A stretch of DNA of 64,000 bases, taken from Macrostomum hystrix. Lineage: Eukaryota; Animalia; Platyhelminthes. The position numbers and the translations under genes are program-made. Shown in pieces: positions 24,741-37,158 of this stretch. The notes beneath the pieces are model-generated. The model did not search any database. It was not told where the DNA came from and worked only from the letters and a program-made list of their open reading frames with translations. Location of the stretch: positions 5,208,001 to 5,272,000 of the forward strand of contig CATNEN010000024.1 of NCBI GenBank assembly GCA_950097015.1, read 5' to 3'. Numbering within the stretch: the stretch's first letter is position 1; the number at the start of each line of letters is the position of its first letter.

Positions 24741-25639
24741 ATGTCTCAAGTGTCTGGTTCTTAACAGTTCTTTCAGCACTAGGCGATGCCAAGCAAAGTC
24801 ATTGGGCGAGACAAGTTAATTAGCTTGCGCTAACTAAATATACTAACTGTACAGCTGCTGCAAATATAGCTATTCAATCCAGTTTCACCAGAGCCAGCGG
24901 ATTAGGAATAGCAGGTGGAGAGGCTTATAATCCCTCACGCGAGTGGGCTGGCCCCACATGCAGTTTTAGTGCGTTTATTGTCGCGAATTTTCGCTCTAAT
25001 CCGCTGGGAGGGAGCTTATCTATCGCTTATAGCCCACTTGCGAACTGACAGATGTTTCATATATTTTAACGCGAATCCGTCATTAAAAATATGACCGAGC
25101 CACGGGCACACGACCCGACCTCGGCTCTAATCCCGAGAGAAGGAAAACAGACAGGCTGTAGTGGCGGAAAACACATTTCAACCCGAAAGCGTGTTTATTT
25201 TTTTTAATTCTGCTGCACCGAACTTAGAAAAAGAACTTGCTCGCTTTTTAAGTGCTAAGACGTCTTCCACGGTTCCTCGGTTCTTGAGAGCTGCTCGGCG
25301 CTTAAGCCGATGACGTGCAAGTTTAAACATTTCCCTTACTTTTATCACTCACATTTTAAGTGCTTCAAGTCTTCAAGTCTTCAAGTCTGGAGAGCGGGTG
25401 GCTGAGCGGGAAAAATAGGAAATTTACGGGTCCGGAGAACCACTCGACCATAGCGAAAGATAACTTTAAGTTGGGATCCTCATAGATAACTTATAGTCGG
25501 AGCGAAAAAATGAGAAGTGTGCTCAATCCATTAAATAATTTTGATACTCGTAAGTGAGTCAGCGCAAATGAAAAAGTGTTTCTGAGAAAAAGTTCATCCA
25601 TCCACAAAAGAAATTTCATCCCACAACGGCAATTATTAG

Positions 25640-26300
25640 CGAAATCCCATCCCAGATCGGCTATGAACAGCGAAATCCCATCCCTCATCGGAAATTAACA
25701 GCGAAATCCCATCCCTCAAAGGCTATTAACAGCGAAATCCCATCCCTCATCGGAAATTAACAGCGAAATCCCATCCCTCAAAGGCTATTAACAGCGAAAT
25801 CCCATCCCTCATCGGAAATTAACAGCGAAATCCCATCCCTCATCGGAAATTAACAGCGAAATCCCATCCCAGATCGGCTATCAACAGCGAAATCCCATCC
25901 CTCATCGGAAATTAACAGCGAAATCCCATCCCTCAAAGGCTATTAACAGCGAAATACCATACCACAGCGGAAATTAACAGCGAAATCCCATCCCTCATCG
26001 GAAATTAACAGCGAAATCCCATCCCTCAAAGGCTATTAACAGCGAAATCCCATCCCTCATCGGAAATAACCAGCGAAATCCCATCCCTCATCGGAAATTA
26101 ACAGCGAAATCCCATCCCAGATCGGCTATCAACAGCGAAATCCCATCCCTCATCGGAAATTAACAGCGAAATCCCATCCCTCAAAGGCTATTAACAGCGA
26201 AATACCATACCACAGCGGAAATTAACAGCGAAATCCCATCCCTCATCGGAAATTAACAGCGAAATCCCATACTAGATCGGAAATTAACAGCGAAATCACA
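25640..26300. repeat. 31-bp minisatellite
   Basis: Unit CAGCGAAATCCCATCCCTCATCGGAAATTAA with recurring variants. Confidence 0.93.
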
Positions 26301-27749
26301 TCCCACTTCAGCAAACAGCAAATTTTCAGCAAAAAATTGAACTCAAAATGAGCAAAATGATTCCACAGTTATTCGAATTTTACCTAGAGTGAAAGATTAT
26401 TTCACTCAGTTTCTGATCAGTCTTATTATCAGTAACCAGGAGAGGATTGCCTTCTAGTACAAATTTATAATATTTTATAATATCCGCTAGTTTATAAATT
26501 CGCTGCCGCACAGTGTCAGGTCCGTTGGGCTAAAATGGCACCAGTTATTTCCCACCTGTGACCGTTAACTCGACGCACCTGGTAATTCGTCAAATTTTGC
26601 TAGCAAAACAATTGGGATAAATTCATATGGGGGGAAATACAGAGGTAGCGAGTTAAAAAAGCTAGAGAAAGTGTAGCAGGCTTAGCATCGCTTTTTACCT
26701 TTTTACCCCACCCGCCGCACAAAGGTTTAACTGCTCGTGGCACTTTTTCAATTCATATCTCGCTTGACTGCACACCTCCGGCATAGCCATGCATGCGGGG
26801 GGTGGGGCTCGGCAGAGTGGGGAGAGAATGAACCGGGCAATCGATGGAAAAGCTCCCCCCTCCGATGTGGCCTTTGTGATCTCCCCCCCCCGGTGCCCCG
26901 TCCCCACCTCATCTCAAATCCTCCCCCACGTTACGATTAAACGAGGACTGACTGAGGCGGCCCTGAGTCTGAGAAGTCTGAAAAGCTTATAGAAAGTTTA
27001 TAGAAGGAGCCATATTTTGCTAATCTTCTTGAAGCAGCAGGAGCCTTTATACTTTGAGTCTTTTTAGCTTTCTTGGAAAGCCGATCTCAGCCCAGCCAAG
27101 TTATCAGAGCTGTCTGGAGCACCTGCACATATTGAGGTACCGCTATATATTAAATTAGCTTATAGGTATTTGCCTAGCTTCTGGGCGCGTGTGTGACGCG
27201 CCAGTTCCATTCCTCATTAGCGGCTGAGTTCCCCTGTAAAGTCGTCAATGCGCCGTCATTAATAATTCAACTAGCGAAGGCCTTTACAATGTCTGTAATA
27301 GTGCACTATTTACCCATTGCGGTTACAGTTTACATTGGCCATTTAATCTAACCATACAATAGTTAACTCAATAACACAGACAGACATATAATATCTCATA
27401 TAATCTCTTGTAAGTATATCTTATTGTATAAGTATATCTCATATAATCTCTTGTATTATAATCATATAATCTCAACTAAGAATACCTAGAATTCAAGAAC
27501 AACTTGAATTAAAAAATGACTGGTCCTAGATTTCAAGTTGTGGCTATTTTTAGAAACATGGCGTGGAAACCCTCGTCCTTGACTGACCTTGAACCCAAGC
27601 GTGACCTACGCGCTCACATTGCATCACAGTTAAAGTACTTCACGCACTTATCGTTACAGGTCGAATACTAAAGATTCTATTTGAACCCTATCCAATGTCT
27701 CTTATGAAAACCGTGAGAAATATTTTCTCCTTCTTTTGCGGCTATTGCA

Positions 27750-28530
27750 AAGCTGCTATGAGATTATTGTAATGTTGCTATGAGATTATTACAAAGCTGC
27801 TATGAGATTATTGTAATTTTGCTATGAGATTATTACAAAGCTGCTATGAGATTATTGTAATGTTGCTATGAGATTATTACAAAGCTGCAATGAGATTATT
27901 GTAATTTTGCTATGAGATTATTACAAAGCTGCTATGAGATTATTGTAATTTTGCTATGAGATTATTACAAAGCTGCTATGAGATTATTGTAATGTTGCTA
28001 TGAGATTATTACAAAGCTGCTATGAGATTATTGTAATGTTGCTATGAGATTATTACAAAGCTGCTATGAGATTATTGCAGTGCTGCTATGAGATTATTGT
28101 AATGTTGCTATGAGATTATTACAAAGCTGCTATGAGATTATTGTAATATTGCAATGAGATTATTGTAATTTTGCTATGAGATTATTGCAGTGCTGCTATG
28201 AGATTATTGTCATGTTGCTATGAGATTATTACAAAGCTGCTATAAGATTATTGTCATGTTGCTATGAGATTATTACAAAGCTGCTATGAGATTATTATCA
28301 TGTTGCTATGAGATTATTACAAAGCTGCTATAAGATTATTGTCATGTTGCTATGAGATTATTACAAAGCTGCTATGAGATTATTGTAATGTTGCTATGAG
28401 ATTATTACAAAGCTACTATGAGATTATTGCAGTGCTGCTATGAGATTATTGTAATGTTGCTATGAGATTATTACAAAGCTGCTATGATATTATTGCTAAG
28501 GTTCTATGAAATTATTGCAAAGCTGCTATG
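27750..28530. repeat. 22-bp dimeric (44-bp higher-order) minisatellite
   Basis: Alternating GCTATGAGATTATTGTAATGTT and GCTATGAGATTATTACAAAGCT. Confidence 0.92.
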
Positions 28531-29494
28531 AGAATTTTCGAAAAAAATAATATTAGTTGTTTTTGACAACTGACTGCGCATAGTTACCAAACTTAAGAAA
28601 CAATTATTTAAGGAATTCAAAAGAGTTCTCTCTGCCCCCCAAAGGATGGCTAACAAGGCTAAGTCGAGTATAGCGGCAAAAAATTGCAATATTTTAAGAG
28701 CTACGCTGGCATCTGATATCGCTCAAAGAGAATGAGAAGAATGCGATAAGCTTGAGTAATAGCGATTGATTCAACCGCTTTTCAGACATATTAAATTCCC
28801 CTTTCTACACAAGAGAGATCCCAAAACTCAAGAGGCGAGAAACTTTCCTGATTATTCCTAGCCAACTCATTCGATTTTTTCATTAAACCGATGCTCCGCC
28901 GACAAGGCAATTTTTAATCAGACTAAAAGAAAAAATACAAAAACGGGAAAAATTCACACTGCCGGCGTTCAATCACGAATTGAAGAAGCAATGTCTTTCG
29001 TCTAAAAAAGCTCTAGCAAACAGAGTTAGAAATATTTCCGCCTATGTTAGAATCTACCACACAGATTTGCATGCTACTACTCAGTCCTCGAATAATGAGT
29101 AGTACGATAGAGAGTTATGCTGAAAAAAAATAATTTCAGAACATATGCGAAATCGATCTGATAAGTACCCAGTAAACAGCCGTTTTTAGAAAATACAGAC
29201 GAAAAAACAAGCAGATTTGAAAAGGCTAGGCATTGCCTTAGAAATGCTACAAGAAAGCCAAATCACCGTTAATAGAGGCCAGACTTAAAAGACCCGATTG
29301 GAGACAATCGGCAGGCTAATCTTCGTCTAATTGCTGCGATTCCCTCGCGTACAAAAGCAGCTAATCGAGAAGAAGATTGAAACAGCCCAGACAAGCTGGC
29401 GATTCTGCCACTAATTAATTGGATAAAGACTAGGTAAGCCAATGGAGTCTGCAAAATGTGCACTTTTACGCGAACATGGACCAGACTTCCTTAA

Positions 29495-29822
29495 TAATAA
29501 TATTGATTGCAGGAGGGCTGCGGGAAGTGGCACATCATTTGGTGACACTAGACCCGCAGCCAGCGAGGAGGCAATTCTGCCCATTTCGCTGACTCCTGAG
29601 CACAAACACACACAGATACTTTACGCAGGCATTCTCATCGTCAGGCAGTGTACACTCTCATTGTACCTTGGAGGTTGGCCCTAAAGAGTGTAAATTGCAC
29701 GACAAGCCCCCAAGCCTTCTCTCCGCGGCTGCGCCCCAAATAAATGTGGCCTCGCCGTGGAATCGAGCGTAGGGACTTTGGTGTGAGAGGCAAACGCGTT
29801 AACCGCTCTGCCACCGACTCCC
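29495..29822 (-). mobile_element. SINE family B
   Basis: Aligns along its length with 2643-3000 and 23626-23961. Confidence 0.85.
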
Positions 29823-30176
29823 CTCCTTATTGTCGAATCTTTAAGGAGAGTAAATCTTTCTGTCTACATGCCTACAAGTGGTCTATATTCACCGCTTGAG
29901 GCAATGATTGACAGCAAAACATTTTAAGCTTTTGTATTTCAGTTCTCGCTAAAAACAATAGGAGAATTTAACTTTTTATTTTTAAGACTTGCTACAATCA
30001 AATGAATATAACTAAGCAAACAAAGTCAATGTCTTAAAATGCAGTTACAAGTATTTACAATTAGTATTTATATGCAATTTTGCAACGTAAGACAATAATG
30101 CTAACATAAAAAATACTAAGCAATACAAAAGGCCTCTTAAAAAATAAATTTAGCTACTATTACACTATCTATTTTA

Positions 30177-30462
30177 CCAGGCCTAGTTTCCGCTGTTCAC
30201 CCTCCCTTTCTTCAGGCCTAGTTTCCGCTGTTCACCCTCCCTTTCTTCAGGCCTAGTTTCCGCTGTTCACCCTCCCTTTCTTGAGGCCTAGTTTCCGCTG
30301 TTCACCCTCCCTTTCTTCAGGCCTAGTTTCCGCTGTTCACCCTCCCTTTCTTCAGGCCTAGTTTCCGCTGTTCACCCTCCCTTTCTTCAGGCCTAGTTTC
30401 CGCTGTTCAACCTCCATTTCTTCAGGCCAAGTTTCCACTGTTCAACCTCCATTTCTTCAGGC
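30177..30462. repeat. 35-bp minisatellite just 3' of NFKBIL1
   Basis: Unit AGGCCTAGTTTCCGCTGTTCACCCTCCCTTTCTTC, about 8 copies. Confidence 0.92.
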
Positions 30463-30501
30463 CATTCGACAACTAAATTCAGTCTTTCAGGCTGGCGGTC
30501 C

Positions 30502-32334
30502 CTAGCTGGCTGTCGCAGTGAGCAGTGCCATGGCGCCATTCACCAGCTGACTGGCCAGAGTTACTTTCCGAGTTACAGCCAGCCGCACGGGGTCGGAGCC
30601 GGCTAGCCGGTCGCCGAACTTCTGCAAGAACCGGTCCGGATGCCACAGGACTCGGAGCTGGCGCAGCTCGCAGCGCAGCTCGGCGGTGTCTGAAACAGCC
30701 AATCGGAGAGCGCGCAGGGTGGCTTCGGGCGAGCCGTCGGCTGTTAGGAACGGCGGCCAGGGTACGTCGTCCACGCTGGCGATGACGCGGCCGGATGCCT
30801 TAAAGAAGGCCAGATAGGAGTCTTTGTAGCGCAAATAGGCCTCCATCGCTGTTGGCGCTAGCGTCTCCGATTTCAGCTGCTTGTAAGTCGGCGGCTGCGG
30901 CAACTGCTGCCGGCGCTGATGCTGATCCCCAGGCAGCGGAAGCCTCAGCTTTACCTGCCGCCTCCGCTCCGCGTACTCGCGGCCCATTCGCTCGAACCAA
31001 TCGTCTAGAGTTTCGAATGCGAACTCTTTATCCTCATCGTTGTAGTCTTTGTTGACGAAATTTTCGCCGGCGAAATCGGCGGCGTCGTCGGCGGCCGCGT
31101 CAGCTAGTCGCCGATGCCAGCTCTCGGCTTCGTCATCGTCGGTGGAGTCGCCGGCAACGGAGGCAGATAGAGCGGCTTCAGCAGCGGCCGCCGAGACCGC
31201 CTCCTGTTGAGCCAGACGCGCCAGGAGGTCGCAGCAGGCGACGCCGGTTGAGTTCGTCAACTGGGCGAGCTCCTTTTTTTTCCAAGCCGGCGAAGCCGAC
31301 AAATTGGCGAGTAGGCGCTCGGCGACTGGAAAATTCGATGTAGATGATGAATGTGGCATTCGATTTGCAATATAAAAGTACTAATTTAATTTACTGATGG
31401 GCAAACTCAACTTACACACAGGCGATCTGCCACTCTGCAGGCAGTAATAAAGAATGAGGTGGGCGGGTGTGTTGCCGTTGGCATCCCTGGCGACCGGGCT
31501 GCAGCCAAGCTCGGAGAACGCTCTTCAGAAAAGACAAAAGAAACCAGATTTTATAGAAAGAAAATTTCTCATTTCGAATTTCTCACCACTCAAAATTCTA
31601 CTAACTGCACTGTCTACCCAGCTACCTCCACTGTCTACCCAGCTACCTCCACTGTCTACCGAGCTACCTCCACTGTCTACCCAGCTACCTCCACTGTCTA
31701 CCCAGCTACCTCCACTGTCTAGCCAGCTACCCCCACTGTCTACCCAGCTACCTCCACTGTCTACCCAGCTACCTCCACTGTCTACCCAGCTACCTCCACT
31801 GTCTAACCAGCTACCTCCACTATCTACCCAGCTACCTCCACTATCTACCCAGCTACCTCCACTATCTACCCAGCTACCTCCACTATCTACCGAGCTACCT
31901 CCACTGTCTACCCAGCTACCTCCACTGTCTACCCAGCTACCTCCACTGTCTACCCAGCTACCTCCACTATCTACCCTGCTCCTCACACTTTCTACCCTGC
32001 GCCTGACACTGTCTACCCAGCTACCTCCACTATCTACCCTGCTCCTCACACTTTCTACCCTGCGCCTGACACTATCTACCCAGCTACTTCCAAATGCTTA
32101 CCCTGCTTCTGTCATCTTCCATGAAAATGCCTACCTAACCAGCCGGCCGTGTCCTTCAGCGGCGGCAATGTGCAGAAGATTCCGCCCGTCACTATCCCTG
32201 TAGTCCAACGCCGCGTCAATGTCTGAACGCTTCAAGCGGTCCAGTCGCTTAGCAACGCGGCGGTATCTGCCAGCATGGGTGTATTTGACCAGCTTGCGCA
32301 ACCAGCTAGCAGTCTCTGATGAGTGCCTCTTCAT
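30502..32334 (-). CDS. NFKBIL1: NF-kappa-B inhibitor-like protein 1 (ankyrin repeats + C-terminal WHPDRF domain), about 376 aa; exons 32334-32135, 31522-31416, 31325-30502
   Basis: Ankyrin motifs DGRNLLHIAAAEGH and ARDANGNTPAHL; C-terminal VPWPP...LRQLRVLWHPDRFLQKF characteristic of NFKBIL1; splice phases 2 and 1 are consistent. Confidence 0.85.
31610..32090. repeat. 21-bp minisatellite in NFKBIL1 intron 1
   Basis: Unit CTCCACTGTCTACCCAGCTAC. Confidence 0.93.
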
Positions 32335-32419
32335 CCACACAGTTTGGATTGCACCTCAGGGAATTCAGCTGAGGAGTAGAAAGGGAAATTCTGGCTTAGC
32401 GTCGAGTTATGATAATTAA

Positions 32420-32672
32420 AAAAAATAATTGCAGGAGGGCTGAGGGCAATGGCACACCATTTGGAGACTTGACTCACAGCCAGCGAGAGGTGATTCTACC
32501 CATCCTGCTGACTCCTGAGCACATACCGTAAGCAGGCACACTCTCACACACGACAAACCGCCAAGCCTTCTCTCCGCGGCTGCGCCCCAAATGAATGCGG
32601 CCTCGCCGCAGAATTGAGGTCAAAGACCTTGGTGCGAGAGACAAACGCGTTAACCACTCTGCCACTCACCCC
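32420..32672 (-). mobile_element. SINE family B, internally deleted
   Basis: Head and tail match family B; the middle is missing. Confidence 0.75.
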
Positions 32673-32714
32673 TGCTGAGATATGAAAGAAAAGTGCATGA
32701 ATCTGATGAATTTG

Positions 32715-34660
32715 GTGACACCTGAGGATCTGTGAGTATTGTGGTGACACCTGAGGATCTGTGAGTATTGTGGTGACACCTGAGGATCTGTGAGTATTGT
32801 GGAGACACCTGAGGATCTGTGAGTATTGTGGTGACACCTAAAGATCTGTGAGTATTGTGGTGACACCTGAGGATCTGTGAGTATTGTGGTGACACCTGAG
32901 GATTGGTGAGTATTGTGGAGACACCTGAGGATCTGTGAGTATTGTGGTGACACCTGAGGATCTGTGAGTATTGTGGTGACACCTGAGGATCTGTGAGTAT
33001 TGTGGTGACACCTAAGGATCTGTGAGTATTGTGGTGAGACCTGAGGATCTGTGAGTATTGTGGTGACACCTGAGGATCTGTGAGTATTGTGGTGACACCT
33101 AAGGATCTGTGAGTATTGTGGTGACACCTGAGGATCTGTGAGTATTGTGGTGACACCTAAGGATCTGTGAGTATTGTGGTGACACCTGAGGATCTGTGAG
33201 TATTGTGGTGACACCTAAGGATCTGTGAGTATTGTGGTGACACCTGAGGATCTGTGAGTATTGTGGTGACACCTGAGGATCTGTGAGTATTGTGGTGAGA
33301 CCTGAGGATTGGTGAGTATTGTGGTGACACCTGAGGATCTGTGAGTATTGTGGTGACACCTGAGGATCTGCGAGTATTGTGGTGACACCTGAGGATCTGT
33401 GAGTATTGTGGTGACACCTAAGGATCTGTGAGTATTGTGGTGAGACCTGAGGATTGGTGAGTATTGTGGTGACACCTAAGGATCTGTGAGTATTGTGGTG
33501 ACACCTGAGGATCTGTGAGTATTGTGGTGACACCTAAGGATCTGTGAGTATTGTGGTGACACCTGAGGATCTGTGAGTATTGTGGTGAGACCTGAGGATC
33601 TGTGAGTATTGTGGAGACACCTGAGGATCTGTGAGTATTGTGGAGACACCTGAGGATCTGTGAGTATTGTGGTGACACCTAAGGATCTGTGAGTATTGTG
33701 GTGACACCTGAGGATCTGTGAGTATTGTGGAGACACCTGAGGATCTGTGAGTATTGTGGTGACACCTGAGGATCTGTGAGTATTGTGGTGACACCTAAGG
33801 ATCTGTGAGTATTGTGGTGACACCTGAGGATCTGTGAGTATTGTGGAGACACCTGAGGATCTGTGAGTATTGTGGAGACACCTGAGGATTGGTGAGTATT
33901 GTGGTGACACCTGAGGATCTGTGAGTATTGTGGTGACACCTGAGGATCTGTGAGTATTATGGAGACACCTGAGGATCTGTGAGTATTGTGGAGACACCTG
34001 AGGATCTGTGAGTATTGTGGAGACACCCGAGAATTGGTGAGTATTGTGGTGACACCTGAGGATCTCTGAGTATTGTGGTGACACCTGAGGATCTGTGAGT
34101 ATTGTGGAGACACCTGAGGATCTGTGAGTATTGTGGAGACACCTGAGGATCTGTGAGTATTGTGGTGACACCTAAGGATCTGTGAGTATTGTGGTGACAC
34201 CTGAGGATCTGTGAGTATTGTGGAGACACCTGAGGATCTGTGAGTATTGTGGTGACACCTGAGGATCTGTGAGTATTGTGGTGACACCTGAGGATCTGTG
34301 AGTATTGTGGTGACACCTGAGGATCTGTGAGTATTGTGGAGACACCTGAGGATCTGTGAGTATTGTGGAGACACCGGAGGATTGGTGAGTATTGTGGTGA
34401 CACCTGAGGATCTGTGAGTATTGTGGTGACACCTGAGGATCTGTGAGTATTGTGGAGACACCTGAGGATCTGTGAGTATTGTGGAGACACCTGAGGATCT
34501 GTGAGTATTGTGGAGACACCCGAGAATTGGTGATGGTGAGTATTGTGGAGACACCCGAGAATTGGTGATGGTGAGTATTGTGGAGACACCCGAGAATTGG
34601 TGAGCATTGTGGTGACACCTGAGGATCTGTGAGTATTGTGGAGACACCCGAGGATCTGGG
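32715..34660. repeat. 29-bp minisatellite (about 67 units)
   Basis: Unit GAGGATCTGTGAGTATTGTGGTGACACCT. Confidence 0.97.
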
Positions 34661-37158
34661 ACAAGAAAATATTCTAGTAGAATTCATGTTTCAGAGTCAT
34701 TTTCCTTTTTCCAAAAATGCTAGTTGAGCTATTTAGTTTTTTTGAGCGAATGAACTGTGATCGGTTTTTTCTAAACTTCTAAAGTAACGCCACACTCTAA
34801 GCCCTTTCAAACCACTATTGAAAATGAATAGAAAGAATTATAACCGATCTCTGGCCAATGAAATTTTCACTTTTGTGTTAGACAGTTCTGTGACTAGTCG
34901 ATGCAGCAACAGCAGTTTTATATTCTTTTTGTTGTAAAAGATAAAGAACAAAGAAATAAACAATGGACAGCGAGTTTAGTTATTGTCTACTTGCTTGCAG
35001 TCCTAGTGGTAGAAGCAGCAAGTGTGCCAACAAAAAGTATTTTTTACACTGACACAAAGAAAACAAGAGTTGCATTATAGAGAAAAAAAACTAATTACAA
35101 TGAAGCGTTAAAAATGAACACGGGAACAATAATGCCAGAAATTGCTTTTAGAGGACAATTTCTAAAATGAGATGCTTACTAATGTCTGAAGTTTATTCCC
35201 AATAAGTTAATTAACAACATTCTTCCCAGACATAGCGGGCAGGCAAGATTCTTCAGTTTATTTATACAAACGATTTTGATTGGTTGATTAAATAGCGATC
35301 GATAATAACGGCTCGTCGCAGGTAAACATAGCCTAAGGCATTCATTTGATGCATAAGAAGCATTTAATAATCAACAAAATATTCAAAATAGGAGTTTCAG
35401 GCAAAGGCAAAGCGCAAATTGTTATGCTAGTGCTAAGAAAGATAAGACTGAGAATAACAGAGAGCATTGTCAAGACAAAGAAACAAAAAACTAATGAGAT
35501 TAAGTATAATGTATGAACTAAATATTAGTTCATTGTGAAACCTACCAGAGCAAGACCCTTGTTAAGACACATCTTCTTCTTACGCACAAGGTCCAAGCAT
35601 CATTTTGAGTAGTATTGAGATCATTTTTATAATAGCCACCGGTAGATTTCTAATTCAACCGAAAAATTCTCTTTACTTAAATACTTGTTATCTTTTGTTT
35701 CAGACAATACTAAAACTTTGTAACTAGCGAGTTCCAAACATTTTTATATGCTCAAGAATATATAGGATTATTATAAAGGATTCCATTATCCTGTGGGAAA
35801 CTGAGGGAACAGGTCATGATAACAGAGAACAGATAATGTGATATTTTTTATGATTTTTGAGGATTTAGAGTCATTGTGATTTAACAAATTTAGGAAAGTA
35901 TAGAAATCGAAATTCATAGTTTCTTTATTCGATTCGGAAATGAGGCAAATTTGAAAAATCCCTACATTACCAAGCTGATTATGTTATAATTAATAATTTA
36001 TGTCAGTAAAACCAACTAGTAGAAGCATATATAATAAACACAAAAACAAACAGAGCAGGCTACACAAACAGTTGCCAATGAGACAACAACAAGCAGATAT
36101 ATAAAATTACAACAAATTGAATCAGAAGCAGCACTGGGTTAGCATAGCAACACGTGTAATATTGTACGCATACAAATGTACTTTTAATAATCAGGTTTAC
36201 AAGAAGAGGCTAAAAATAAAATAAAAACAAGCATTACTAACGCATAGATACACATGCAAACAAACAAACAGAATGAGTGAAACAACATTTTCATTAGTTT
36301 GTTATAATTAGCGGTATCAATATACAAGTTGTATGTGTATACATATGTGTTGAAAAATAAAACAAAATGATTGGTTTGTTTTTTTGATTGGACATACAAT
36401 AGCGTATTTTTCAAACAATGACATTTAACAGCAAAACAAAACATGTGGCGGTCGAGGGACAATGGCCGAGTTTACGCTACTCGCTGAGAAGTAGTATAAT
36501 AGGAGTTTTTTCATAGAAGATAGCTTTCAGTATCGAAGGCTTTTTACATAACAATGAATTGGACCCAATTGTTCTATAGCTATTAAGAATCCAATAATTA
36601 ATATGCATAGTAATAATTCGCTAAAGAACTATATAGACGTCAGCAATGCCAAGCAGACAACAAAAAGAAACTAGCAAGCGAGTGGAGAGAGAAAGCCATA
36701 GAGTGGTTCAGCGCATGGTCAAGATTTAATAGTACACAAGCACAGAAAAGTACGCACACTGCACTAGAAGCTGGAAGGATAGTTGAATGCAGGCCAACGG
36801 CGAGAGCTGGGACGAAATATCCAATGAATATTAACACATCTAATTTGTCATAGGTATCTTTAACCTTTCTGGCACTGTAAAAACTGACTATTCGGATTAA
36901 AACTTGACAGTTAAGAAGAAAAGCAGAGTAAGCTATGCTTGACCTGTTATCGTCATCTAATTAGTTGTAGGAAATCAAGAACGTTAGACGCTAGGAACTG
37001 CACTGCACTGTAATCTATTAGCATTGAACTCATCTTTTAGCTGCATTTCTTTCGATAAGTTTAGCGTAGACGGAGAAGCATAACAAAAAGGCAGAAGGGC
37101 CAGGAAGTCAGTTCTCAAGGCTGGGAATCGAATAGAACAACATATATATATATATAAG

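Noticed and set aside
31454-34687. STQLPPL and SPQYSQILRCHH repeat ORFs
   Set aside because: Intronic or intergenic minisatellite translations; the first lies antisense within an NFKBIL1 intron.
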